Origin: Macrostomum hystrix | Taxonomy: Eukaryota; Animalia; Platyhelminthes | DNA: 64,000 nucleotides | Reading direction: 5' to 3' | Assembly: GCA_950097015.1 (NCBI GenBank) | Contig: CATNEN010000003.1 | Location: 11,098,001-11,162,000 of the forward strand | Shown here: positions 1 to 12,840 of the stretch, one piece after another | Numbering within the stretch: position 1 is the stretch's first letter | Layout of the letters: every line of letters begins with the position of its first letter | Notes under the pieces: generated by a model | Seen by the model: only the letters and a program-made list of their open reading frames with translations | Databases searched by the model: none | What the model was told of the DNA's origin: nothing | Translations under genes and position numbers: made by a program

Positions 1-168
1 TAAAAACACTGATTTGCTTGTCCGAGTAAAAAAATGCTGAATTGTTTATTTTGTGTCGCAATTTTAGTTGATCTGCTATACTGTGAGACAGGTGTCCCTC
101 ACATCCCTAACAGGATACATACCTAACAGGTGACAACACTAACAGTTTACATCCCTAACAGGTGATAT

Positions 169-438
169 CCCGGCGAAAAATTCGTCCGTTTTTTCGTCTG
201 CTTTCTGTCCGCCTTTGTCCGCTTTTGCCGGACAAAGCGAAAAAGTGGACGAATTCATCCGTTTGTGTCCGGAAACAGTGAAGCGGACGAAAAACAGACG
301 AAAACGGACAGAAAACGGACGAATTAAGAGCACTGCACGTCCGTTTTCTGTCCGTTTTTCGTCCGCATGCTTGTCCGCTCTGAAATGGACAGAAGCGGAC
401 AGAAAGAGGACTGAAAACGGACGATTTTTTTCACCGGG
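169..438. mobile_element. MITE / non-autonomous DNA transposon (fold-back, CCCG...CGGG ends)
   Basis: Terminal inverted repeats cccggcgaaaaattcgtccgtttt / aaaacggacgatttttttcaccggg; ATAT on both flanks (165-168, 439-442); interior built of inverted gtccg/cggac subrepeats. Confidence 0.8.
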
Positions 439-588
439 ATATGAAGCTAGATAGCTCTTAAACAGCCCCGTTGATAAATGTCCAAAAAATAATATTTCTT
501 ATGAATTGTTTCTTCCGACTCGTTACATTGCAAACAGCTGAAGCATCAAACCTCGCAACGTATCTTCAACCCTCTTAACAACTTGTAG

Positions 589-953
589 AGGCCCCAAGAT
601 CTTGCACCCCGGCCCGTCACCGCATGATGGACTCCAATCTCGCAGTGCGCGACCTCGACGAAGCCAAGAACGACGTTGGATTGGCCGACAACCAACGAAC
701 AGCCAGCTATCCCCGAGTTGACAGACAACAAAGACCGATCAACGCGACCAATTTAAACAGACCAGCCCTGACTACCGGCAGCGCTCCATTGGCTAGCCCG
801 GAGAACAGCACGTCATCAGTGGAGGCGCCCGTGCAGACGACGGTTGTCACCTTCGCCGACAAGTCGACGTCAACTACACCATCGCCATCGGCAGCTGCGG
901 CTGCTGCTTTGAGTAAAATGCAGAAATTCACAAAACTAATGAAGGGTCTGTGA
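589..953 (+). CDS. Terminal coding exon of an unidentified gene extending left of the window
   Basis: Acceptor cttgtag| at 588, open frame through S/T/A-rich sequence to ...KFTKLMKGL-TGA, AATAAA at ~992. No recognisable domain. Confidence 0.55.
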
Positions 954-2152
954 CGCTATCTTATCATAACGAATAATTGTCAAACCTAATCAATAAAGAT
1001 TTGCCCAGTTTGCTCGAAATTGAACGAATTCAAAATGCATTTTTCGATATATTTTTATACAGTATTGCCTACTGTTTCATTCAAGTTTGATATAATATTG
1101 TTCTTTAGAATTTCTTCTCAAAGCGCAAAAAGTTTGACGTGATTGTTTAGTGAGCTAAGCGCCTAGATATTATATTGCAATTTTTGTTTTACATACAGCC
1201 GCATCTAATTGCAAAGAATCTAGACAGAAAAACGTTGATTGGCTTGGATCAGTCACGTGATTCGGGTTGAGGTGGATGAACGGAGGAGCTAAAATAGCAA
1301 CCAATCAAAACACGGCAGCCAATGGACGTTTTTTTCTTATCAGTTAAATAATACTATTTTAATCAAGGCAATTAAACGTAGCAAAGAGCCAGTACTACAG
1401 TAGATAAGCATTTCTTTTTGGTTATTTGATTTATTGCACTTATTCAAACATACATTCTCTCTGTGTTAATTGTGTCTTTCCATGCGCGGCTCAGAAGACA
1501 AGAACAAACAAGTACACAGACTGATGCACTATTCAGGAGTTAGATATCAGAGCATTATAGTAATTTGTATTTTCGTAATTTTGCTACCTTTTTAGACCTG
1601 TGGAGTAAAGTTAAAGGATTCGATTGATTTATTGTTTAATTATTCAACTGTACAGGTTATTTCCTAGAAAATTACTGTTGTTTGTGATTTTTTGTCTAAT
1701 ACGTCGATGTGTGATCGGGTGCATCCGCCACTTTTGTTAGCTTGTCAGTCAAATTGGTTTGAATGTGCAGCGGATAACATTTTTGCTGATCTTAGCACCG
1801 AAAATTTTTGTTTTTATTTTACTAAGTTTTTTCTGCACTTCGATCTGTCCTGTGTAATATGAATGTTGCCATTTCTGTCGATAAATCCATATTCAGCTTC
1901 AAATATGTCGACGGGAATTTTTGACTTACTCAAATTTCTTTTTTTAGCAATGTTATTTCTTAAGCGAGTCGAGCAATTGTTGTGGCATATTTTTATGATA
2001 TGACACGTTGAAAATAAATTTCCTAATTAATTTGTATATATATTCGAGAATTGTCCGTTTCTTAGATAATTTTTATTTCAATGCATAACATACTTGTTTT
2101 GGAAAGCTAGTTTAAGAAGCTACGAGGTGTACCAAACTTTGTTTAGTATTTG

Positions 2153-2504
2153 ATAATAATAATAATTGAAGGAGGGCTGCGGGCAATGGCAAACACTTGA
2201 CCCACAGCCAGCGAGGAGGCAATTCTGCCCATTTCGCTGACTCCTGAGCACACACGCACACAGATACCGTACGCCGGCAAACGCTCACACAGGTGTGTAC
2301 ATCTGCCCTGACTTTCTCATCGTCAGGCAGTGTACACTCTCACTGTGCCTTGGAGGTTGGCCCTCAATGGCGTAAATTGCACGACAAGCCCCCAAGCCTT
2401 CTCTCCGCGGCTGCGCCCCAAATGAATGTGGCCTCGCTGTGGAATCGAACTTAGGGACCGTGGTGCGAGAGGCAAACGCGTTAACCGCTCTGCCACCGAC
2501 CGCC
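2153..2504 (-). mobile_element. tRNA-derived SINE family A, copy 1
   Basis: Minus strand: A box TGGCAGAGCGG, B box GTTCGATTCC, conserved ~330-bp body, (TTA)n tail; 8 copies in the window. Confidence 0.9.
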
Positions 2505-3309
2505 TTTAGTATATGATACTTTTTCAGTCAAACCGTTATATGTATCATATTATTATTGTATTTGATTATGCGTCAAACGATTCGTTCTACAAAAGCATCA
2601 ACAACAGAGATAGACCACTACGTGTACTGGTATCGTCAGAATACAATGCAAAGCTGTCATGTGATAGCGTGTCGGTAATGCTAATATCAAGATAGTTATG
2701 CAGACAACAATTAAAGCTTTGATAATCGATAAAATTTAAAAGCTTATGTTAGATTATATAGTATCATTATTCGAAGCAAGGACGACTTAAAAAAATAATT
2801 AAAAAATTCGACTTAGAAATCAATTGGCCAAAAGATATTGATTTTTAAAAGCGCCCATTTTCATAATCAGGTGACTAACACCAGCCAATGAAATTACGAG
2901 GCCCGTTTTTGCGAGGCGCATTCTTAATTTGTTAAGTTGTTAAAGCAGCATTATCTGTGCTTACTAAAGGGGCTACTCAGTTTATAAGCAGTTTTTAACG
3001 CTTTTTTCTTAACGAAATATGTCGTGCAGTGCAATTTTTTCATGCACGTACCAAATTATGCTCGTATATAGAGTGGAGTCTATGCATATTAAGAAAATAA
3101 AATAATATAACTACTCACACACCACAAATAGTTATAATATAACAATTGTAGGAGCTACAAGTCAAATAGATTGTTAAAAATCATTTGTAAAAGTACACGA
3201 TAACACTCCATAACCTAACTACTTGTCTAACAGGGCAATTCTCTGTCCAACATCTCGATATCCTGTCTAACGCCTAGGTACTATAATGTGCCGACTATTA
3301 TCTTGGCAC

Positions 3310-4248
3310 CACTGTCTAACATCATGGTATCACTGTCTAGCATCCTGGTATCATAGTCCATAGCATCCTGGTATCACTGTCTAGCATCCTGGTATCACTG
3401 TCTAGCATCCTGGTATCACAGTCTGGCATCCTGGTATCACAGTCTGGCATCCTGGTATCACAGTCTAGCATCATGGTATCACTGTCTAGCATCCTGGTAT
3501 CACTGTCTAGCATCCTGGTATCACTGTCTAGCATCCTGGTATCACTGTCTAGCATCCTGGTATCACTGTCTAGCATCCTGGTATCACTGTCTAGCATCCT
3601 GGTATCACTGTCTAGCATCCTGGTATCACTGTCTAGCATCCTGGTATCACTGTCTAGCATCCTGGTATCACTGTCTAGCATCCTGGTATCACTGTCTAGC
3701 ATCCTGGTATCACTGTCTAGCATCCTGGTATCACTGTCTAGCATCCTGGTATCACTGTCTAGCATCCTGGTATCACTGTCTAGCATCCTGGTATCACTGT
3801 CTAGCATCCTGGTATCACTGTCTAGCATCCTGGTATCATAGTCCATAGCATCCTGGTATCACTGTCTAGCATCCTGGTATCACAGTCTAGCATCCTGGTA
3901 TCACTGTCTAGCATCCTGGTATCACTGTCTAGCATCCTGGTATCACTGTCTAGCATCCTGGTATCATAGTCCATAGCATCCTGGTATCACTGTCTAGCAT
4001 CCTGGTATCACAGTCTAGCATCCTGGTATCACTGTCTAGCATCCTGGTATCACTGTCTAGCATCCTGGTATCACTGTCTAGCATCCTGGTATCATAGTCC
4101 ATAGCATCCTGGTATCACTGTCTAGCATCCTGGTATCACAGTCTAGCATCCTGGTATCACTGTCTAGCATCCTGGTATCACTGTCTAGCATCCTGGTATC
4201 ACTGTCTAGCATCCTGGTATCACTGTCTAGCATCCTGGTATCACTGTA
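3310..4248. repeat. 21-bp minisatellite (tagcatcctggtatcactgtc)n
   Basis: Roughly 44 near-identical tandem units, degenerate at the edges; source of the LDSDTRM/SSILVSL ORFs. Confidence 0.97.
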
Positions 4249-4409
4249 CCAGACTGTCTCACATCTCGATGTGTCTATCTTACTAATATATTGACTTTTC
4301 TGCCAGAATTCTTAGAAAAGTGTCCGAGAGAATTTGGGTGTGGAGGCATAATTATTTAGAAGCATCCAGTGATTGCAACATGTCATATGTTTGGGGCTTT
4401 TTTTCTCGA

Positions 4410-7400
4410 CTATTCCTTCATCGCCTCGAAGCTCTCCAGCTTGGTTGGCGAAGACGCCTCCAGCGATGAAGTCTGCGGCTGCAGAGGCGCTGCCTGGGGC
4501 GGACTAGCGCCGGGGTCGCTCTCCAGCACCGTCACAAACCTGGAGGATATTGCTGCCAAGAAGCTGCAAGCCGATGACACGAAGCAGCTGGTGCGCACTG
4601 AGCCAGTGGCTTGAGTCAGGCTGCCCATCAGCGAGGCCACAGTCAGCTGACCGACGAACACCATGCTGCTGACAAGGGCTATATCGGTGCCCAAGCCGCG
4701 AACCCGGCACTCGGTGCTTGGCTCGTCGGTGTAGGCGAACTTTGAATGCGAGATCGAGCGAGTTCTATAAACCGAATGACTTTCGATCTTCATAAAAGTT
4801 CACCATATGGATGACATTTTGTGAGCCGAAAAATGAAAAATGGGTAGCTGATGCCGCTAGAAACACAAACGAGAATCATTAAATATCTAGACAATGATAC
4901 GTCATTTTCAAAGTTGCTTCATCGGATAGAGTAGAAAAATGGAGCCCGTGTTCTGGATTTTCACAGCGATTGGTTGAATATTCTAAAAGATGCAGTAAAA
5001 AAGAGAAATGTGGCTATTTGGAATACCCCTATAGTCTTTGTACTGTCAAAAGCGGCAAGTAATTTCAATACCTCGACTATTTAAATCGAATCTAAATCTG
5101 CTCACCAAATCGCTAAAATGATAGCTAGCCACCAGAATGTAGGGCACGGTGAATAGTGTGGCATAGAGTATGCCTATATTAGCTGAGCACAGCACTACAA
5201 CAGGTGTTTTCGGTAGCAGGCCCATTAGCAGAGCACCAATTGAGGCGCATAGCAGACCGCACATGTACACCCGACGGATACCTGCAAGATACGAGACACC
5301 AGATTAAACGTCAATTCAAAAAGTGTTCTTTAAATATGATCTACTGATTCGTTTATTTCTAAAATTATTTTCCCCTGCAGGTGCATTCTGCTCTCTTTAG
5401 TTCATTTAAAATAAACGCCTTTTTACACAAACAAGTTAACAAATTAAGGCCTTCCGCCTTAGTATAGTTAGATAATAATAATAATAAATAGTAATTATAA
5501 TTGCAGGAGGGCTGCCGGCAATGGCACATCATTAAGTAACACTTGACCCACAGCCAGCGACAGCCAGCCAGGCAATTCTGCCCATTTCGCTGACCCCTGA
5601 GCACACAGGCACACAGATACTGTACGCAGGCACACGCTCACACAGGTGTGTACATCTGCCCTGACTTTCTCATCGTCAGGCAGTGTACACTCTCACTGTG
5701 CCTTGGAGGTTGGCCCTCAAGGGCGTAAATTGCACGACAAGCCCCCAAAGCCATCTCTCCGCGGCTGCGCCCCAATTTAATGTGGCCTCGCCGTGGAATC
5801 GAACTTAGGGACCGTGGTGCGAGAGGCAAACGCGTTAACCGCTCTGCCACCAACCCCCTTAATAGTTTTCAGTATAGTTTGGTAACTGAAAATTTGTCAA
5901 ACTAGGATTCATCGATTTGGGAATAAAGTTTGGGAAATTTTGAAGATAACTTGACAACTACGGCGTTTTGGGGAAGTAGTTCGTCAACTAGAGTGTCAGT
6001 ATTTAGTGTGATGCTTTGGTGTTTCTATTTGTTGCGATTATTGGCCGATTTGAATGGTTTTTAGGAGGATAATTGGTCTTTTAAAAATGTCTAGGGGATT
6101 TTGGGGATAATTTGACAGCTTGGCTGTTTTGTAGAGTTTATTGATCAACTGGTGGGTTCATTTTTTCGAGTATGTTCGAGTACGAGTACAAACCATGTTT
6201 AAAAAACCCCATTGTGTGTAAATTAACGAAAACTAACCAAACTTATTGATGAGCCTATCGATGATCAGTGAGTAGACGCAGCAGACTAGAGAATAGATCG
6301 ACATGGCCAAACTGCCCATTCGGACGCCTGCGTTGTACAGCTTGTGCTCTTGAGACCATGGTGGACTGTCCGGATCCCCGTGATAAACCGCTTGGCCAAC
6401 AAAATCTGTGAAGAACAGTGAATAGGACACCAAGGACATCCAGCACAGCAGGTTGGTTAGGCAGAGAAGTCGCATGGATTCGGGCATGTGCACAATGGAC
6501 ATCAGATAGGTTTTCAGACCGATTTCACTGGGCAATTGCTCGGCAATTGAGTCTGTCCGACGGATTCGATGATTCTGAGTTGGCACTGCAATAGGAACAA
6601 ACTGAACATGTAAATTGATTTATTTTTAGATTTATAGGAGCTTGCAGTTCGAGCGTTCAGGAGTTCGAATCTCATCCGAAAGCTGAAAATTGTGTCCTTG
6701 AGATAGACATTGTGTCGCGTCGGCATGTACAACCAGCCAGTGCAACTAGCACCAGCACTACGATAGGGCCGGGGCCGCCTATGTCTGTGGACCTCCCACC
6801 TGTCTGAGACTATTTAATGCCCATTTAGTGCATCTTTCAGAAATACTTCACTGCTGTAATAATAATATTTGCAGGAGGGCTGTGGGCAATGGTACATTAA
6901 TTGGGGACACTGTCCATTTAGCTGACTCCTGAGCACAAGCACACGCACACAGGTTTGTACATCTGCCCTGACTTTCTCATTGTCAGGCAGTGTACGCTTT
7001 TACCGTGCCTTGGAGGTTGGCCCTAAATTGCGTAAATTGCACGACAAGCCCCCGAGCCTTCTCTCCGCGGCTGGGCTCCAAATGAATTGCAGCATCGTCA
7101 CGGAATCGAGCTCAGGGACCTTGGTGCGAGAGGCAAACGCGTTAACCGCTCTGCCACTCACCCTCCTCCTTGATTGCTGTGATTTGTTTGTTTGTTTCAA
7201 AGTATTTCATGAACCGTATTTCGTCTGTTTGATCTCTTTCGGTGCTCGTTCTCTGATTGGTTGGAACTTTTCTACGGCCCACTTTACCGTAGTGTACGCT
7301 TTAGCTAAAACAAAGAGATATAGTTGTGAGTCTATTAATCTTCTAGCAGCACAGTGCCGCATCTCATTCACCTCCGATCGACGACTCAGTTGACGTCGTT

Positions 7401-9986
7401 GGTTCTGCCACCCGGCTCCCAGTGTGGATCTTCATATCGCCGCCGTCGCGTTCGTGCAGCGGAATCTCGCGCACACTCGTGATGGTGATCAGCAGGCACA
7501 CGGAGAACACCACAGCCAGCAAACTGAACACCACCTTCTCGTGGTAGAAGGACGAATCGGCAGCTCCGCCGCTGGCGCTCTCCCAGTCCAGGGAGCCGAT
7601 CAGGTAGCCGAAGAAACCGCCGAAACCGGCCAACACGGTGAAGGTTGTGAGGCCAGCCGAGTGGTCAACCGATGGAACAACGTCCAGAAGAAACGCTCTA
7701 GCTGGCGATTGACAGCCGTCGCAGCAGGAGTCGAGCAGGGCAACGCCCAGGCAGGTGAAAAGCAGAACAGCTCCAGGTGTGGCGCTGATTCGTTGATAAC
7801 GACGCTTGCCGCTGATGTGGAAAAATTAGAGAATGAATAAATCAGGCTGAATTAAAATCTGATGGAATTAAATAGGCAAGTAAAGAAAGAGGCATTACCA
7901 ACGACAGTAATGTCCATTTGAGATGAGACAGAAAGGAAGGGAAAGGGAGAGAGATGACACACAGGAGAGAGATAAGACACGGAAGAGAGATGACACACAG
8001 GAGAGAGATGAGACACGAGAGAGAGAGATATGACACGGAAGAGAGATGACACACAGGAGAGAGATATGACACGGAAGAGAGATGACACACAGGAGAGAGG
8101 TGAGACACGGAAGAGAGATGACACACAGGAGAGAGGTGAGACACGGAAGAGAGATGACACACAGGAGAGAGGTGAGACACGGAAGAGAGATAAGACACGG
8201 GAGAGAGATGACACACAGGAGAGAGATATGACACGGAAGAGAGATGACACACAGGAGAGAGATAAGACACGGAAGAGAGATGACACACAGGAGAGAGATA
8301 AGACACGGAAGAGAGATGACACACAGGAGAGAGATAAGACACGGAAGAGAGATGACACACAGGAGAGAGATAAGACACGGAAGAGAGATGGCACACAGGA
8401 GAGAGGTGAGACACGGAAGAGAGATAAGACACGGGAGAGAGAAGAGACATGGGAGAGAGATGAGACATGGGAGAGAGATGAGACATGGGAGAGAGATGAG
8501 ACATTGGGGATATGAGACATGAGAGAGATGAGACTGGGGAGATTCGAGGCGGGGAGTGCTAAGATGTAAAGACCTTTGTAAAGTGACATATTATTTGCAG
8601 TTCATCTAAGTAAAGCTTTCGTACCCTTGTATTGCACTGGCGTTATTGCTGTAGTCATTGTGTGTGGCATTGCCAGCAAACGCGCTGGCCACATTGTAGC
8701 TGTCCGGCACAACTGCCAGCAGAATCGCTCCGGCCAAAATGCAGCCCGACAGGCCGATGATGAAAGGACGCCGACGGCCGAGACTGCTTCGACAGTTGTC
8801 ACTCATGGAGCCTAGAAGGGGCACCAGAAGGAATCCAATTATTGGACTGATGCACCAGGACAGGGACATGAGATACACAGGTGTGCCAAGCTTCATCATG
8901 ATTGGTGAGACTAGGGCAGTCTCTGCGGCGTAGCAGAGCTCAATGCCACCAACGACGGCGCAGATCCGGAGCAGAAGTAGACGACTGGTCTTGGTGCCAC
9001 TGTTGAATGAGATTCGGGCAGAGTTGAGAGTAGTGTCATTTTGATGCCATCTCACAGATGTGGTTGAGATGCATCTTAATTAAAAACCGCGAGATAATCG
9101 TAAAAAATGTAAACTTATCAGCTTGTTCGTCATCCATTTGTCCGTTCGTCACCTTTCATGCGTGCTTTCATCCCAAAATTAGTGTCTTTGTTCCCAAATC
9201 CATATTTTTCGGTGTCAAATCCCAGTTTTCCCTTATATCCATGTTTACCCCTATAGGTGCAATCTCAAATCCTCGCTTTTGACACTGGATTCTATTTTTT
9301 ATGACCAAAGTGTATACTTTCGTAGTTTCCAAATCCATGAATTCGTCCCTAAATACGTTTTTGTCCCTAAATCCGCTTTTCGTCCCCCAAGTTCATATTT
9401 TCTACCCCAAATTCATAAAGAAGCTTAATTAAAAGACAGTTTGGGCAATTTTAATAATAAAAAAATATTAATTGAATGAGGGCTGCGAGCAGTGGCCCAT
9501 CATTTAGTGACACTATACCCGCAGTCAGCGAGGAGGCAATTCTGCCCATGTCGCTGAATCCTGAGCACACACGCATACAGATACCGTACGCAGACACAGG
9601 TGTGTACATCTGCCCTGACATTCTCATCGTCAGGCAGTGTACACCCTCACTGTGCCTTGGAGGTTGGCCCTCAAGGGCGTAAATTGCACGACAAGCCCCC
9701 AAGCCTTCTCTCCGCGACTGCGCCCCAAATAAATGTGGCCTCGCCGTGGAATCGAACTTAGGGACCGTGGTGCGAGAGGCAAACGCGATAACCGCTCCGC
9801 CACCGACTCCCGGTCCCTCGTCATCGAAATGAACAGATGAACAGAAATGAACAGAAACACAACGGCCAACATGCGCACTCACCCTTCGAATTCTCCGCGA
9901 ATCCTAGTCACCTGCTCCTGTAGCTTCTCTGTGATGCCCAACGACTGTAGCACAGTCAGAGACGAGGCGGCAAAGGCGAAAGCCAT
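4410..9986 (-). CDS. SLC45: SLC45-family proton-associated sugar transporter (MFS, SLC45A2/MATP-like)
   Basis: Phase-compatible GT-AG exons 9986-9883, 9074-8625, 7811-7372, 6585-6238, 5281-5106, 4739-4410 (last acceptor least certain). Family motifs GGIELCYAAETALVSP, SDNCRSSLGRRRPFI, LLDSCCDGCQSPARAFLLD, FTDFVGQAVYHGDP, RGLGTDIA. Confidence 0.9.
5473..5856 (-). mobile_element. tRNA-derived SINE family A, copy 2
   Basis: Near-identical to copy 1; TAA-repeat tail; in an SLC45 intron. Confidence 0.9.
6857..7163 (-). mobile_element. tRNA-derived SINE family A, copy 3 (internal deletions)
   Basis: Head, hairpin core and tail align to copy 1. Confidence 0.85.
7945..8530. repeat. GA-rich minisatellite, 18-bp units in a 36-bp dimer (gagagagataagacacgg+aagagagatgacacacag)
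   Basis: Tandem array in SLC45 intron 2; related to the 16-bp GAGATGAGACAC family. Confidence 0.95.
9470..9808 (-). mobile_element. tRNA-derived SINE family A, copy 4
   Basis: Aligns to copy 1 over its full length; in SLC45 intron 1. Confidence 0.9.
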
Positions 9987-11202
9987 CTTGCTTGCTGTCT
10001 TCTCTGGCTGTGAGCTGCTTTTAAGAAGGCCCTAGTCGCTCGTTTAAATCTAGTCAATTTTTTTCACGATTTATTTGCTGGCTGCTTTAATGAGATCAGC
10101 AGCCCGAATAGGAAGCGGAGCACCTCCCCTTCCCGCTACCTAATTAGGCTTTGAGCGAATTTCAGCGCGCTGCTAAAGTTAGTTTCTAAGAAACGTTTGG
10201 CTAGCCAGCAGGCCAAGGATACTGATAGCAGGATGGATTGGATTTTGAGAATTCCGTCCGGGATTTGTTCCTCCGTCTTCAATCAGAATCAAAGCAAACT
10301 TTCGGAGCGGATGTGTAAAAGGCGTGAAAAGCGACGCAAAGAAAAGAAGAGGCTCCTATCTTTGCTAGCGGAGTTTTCTGTTCGCCCAATTAATGCCTAG
10401 TCGCGAAAAGCGAAATCTTGAAGATTCAGATGGGTTTTAGGCGGAGCTGTTCGTCTGTTTTAAATAAATTTGCGTTTCCATGGCCTAAATAGACGAGTAG
10501 AAGCAATATTGGACAGGACAGAACTGCCACTGTGTACTCTTGGACTGTTCCAACTCCCTTCCATCCGAAGCGTCCAACCAACTAAAAGAGATTCTCCGGT
10601 ACCTTAACGCTGTTGCTTCATCGACAGTTCGGCGGGAGAATGTGTTGCCAACAAGAAGTGTCAGAGAGACGACTGTCTGAATTAGAGACAAACTAAGCAG
10701 TTTTTTTAAACCTCTTATGATGCATAAATAATGTTTATCTTCCCTCCGCCTAGGGGCATTTGGCAGCTGCTGCTGCTGCTGTTGCATGCTAATCCAGTAC
10801 AGTTCAGGCCAAAGATAGCTTACTGAAAAGAAGACAATTATAACCTTTTGCTAGCAGGATAAGAGGAAATCAATTTGAGCTAATTTCGTGAACAAAAAAG
10901 CTGCATGTAGCGAGAAAATTGACCCGCTCTGCTCATTTCTGAGGCTTGAATTATTCATTTGGGGGGAATTCGTTTCTCTGGGAGCTGTTAAAATGTGGCG
11001 AAATTTCTTCTAGATATCAGGGACAACTAAATTCGCCTCAATGACAGTTAATATACACTTAATTTCCTCGTGCAGAAATTTAACATCGGGTTGAATGCCA
11101 GTCAAAGTGCGGATGAATTGAAGAACCGTTAAAATATATTATTATCAACCAAATCTGGTATATTTGTACTAAATTCAGGTAGCATTGTAATAGTTAACAG
11201 TT

Positions 11203-11600
11203 GGGCAATGGGCAATGACACATCTAAGCAATGACACATCTGGGCAATGACACATCTGGGCAATGACACATCTGGGCAATGACACATCTGGGCAATGACA
11301 CATCTGGGCAATGACACATCTGGGCAATGACACATCTGGGCAATGACACATCTGGGCAATGACACATCTTCTAGACACTAGACCCGCAGCCAGCAACGAG
11401 GCACCCCTGAGCACACACGCACACAGATACTGTACGCAGGCACACGCTCACACAGGTGTGTACATCTGCCCTGACTTTCTCATCGTCAGGCAGTGTACAC
11501 TCACACTGTGCCTCAAGGGCGTAAATTGCTTGACAAGCCCCCAAGCCTTCTCTCCGCGGCTGCGCCCAAAATTAATGTGGCCTCGCCGCAGAATCGAATT
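11203..11600 (-). mobile_element. SINE family A copy 5 (head truncated) with an internal 16-bp minisatellite
   Basis: SINE body 11375-11600; (gggcaatgacacatct)x~10 at 11203-11370 matches the SINE segment gggcaatggcacatca. Confidence 0.85.
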
Positions 11601-12840
11601 TTGTTTTTAAATTTATTTAATAGTTTGACATTCAAGAGCCCTAGGTATAAACGGCTAGCTCGTTTTATATTTTTAACCCGAAAAAATACGAATAACTTGC
11701 ACGAGTGAAGTTTAACTAACAAATTATGCGTTGTTGTGTGTGAGTTTGAATAAAAACGACTTTATAGGCTTCGGGCCGACTGTCATATATCATTTGTGCT
11801 GCGATATTAATTAAAGAACGATAAAGATATGCCTCAACTCGTTTTCATTATCTTCGAATACGAGACCTCCTTTCTTTCTCGGTTTCTTCGACACAATGGC
11901 CCGAGCCCATATTTTGCCTTTTATTTAGCCCTGTGTCGGCGTTTCTTTGGCCTAGCCCAGTTTCACAATTGCATTGTTTACGGTTTTTTAAATTCAGTCA
12001 CTGCTAAGTCTAGCTTACTGTATACCAATAGCTCACAATTTTTAACGCTTTTTATATGCAGCTTTGCAGTGACCACAAGCTTCTAGACAGAAGATAAGGC
12101 AGCAAGTGAAGAAGATAAGTTATTACGGTGCAAACTAAGGCGTACACTTTTATTGAGTGTATCCGACATAATTTTAGATTTACAGTCTAAAAAATCGAGT
12201 CGAAATATGAGCTATTACCCACTCGAAACGGTTCTACCTGGTTAGAAAGTAATTATGCGATATAAGAAGATCGTAGTGAATAAATATTGCCAAGTAATTA
12301 AATTTACAGATAAGAGTACTGTCTGCATGGGTTTTAAAAAGGTGAATTCTGAATTTCATACCAGCAATTCGAAGTTACTAGGAGAACATTAGAAATGCGA
12401 GTGAAAAATGCCGATTTTTATGCCGAGAAGTGCAACGCTATTAGGCAAATATTGTTTGGCAAGTGCATAGTACCAGCTCGCTCGAATTTAAGAAGGAAAA
12501 TGACTGCCTAAACAATGAAATGCGTCTGCTCATTCTTACACAGTAATATTGCAGTGCACCCGCCATTGCTTGCATAGCTATACCTATGAGATTGATATAG
12601 AGCTCCTTTTCTGTGGCCTGGAAAAGACTTTGAGGCTGAGTTTTTTTCATTGTTGGGGTAAAAATATAAAGATAAAAAAGTTAGAAACGAAAGAAAGCTA
12701 TGTTTTTCACTTCTCAGCAAAAAAAAATTAAGATACTATTTTAAATATAATTCGAGAGTACCGATTGGCAGCTAGATAGAAAAAAAACTTGATTTCTTCT
12801 TCGAAGTTTATTGATTCCCGAGTAACTTTCTGGTTAAAAC

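Noticed and set aside
2303-2331. CTGACGA...GAAA in the SINE resembles a hammerhead ribozyme core
   Set aside because: Only about 3 nt separate CUGANGA from GAAA, so there is no stem II, and CTGAC pairs with GTCAG in a plain hairpin.
10485-10787. Poly-Q-starting minus-strand ORF upstream of SLC45
   Set aside because: No homology cues, and SLC45 already has a phase-compatible ATG exon at 9986.
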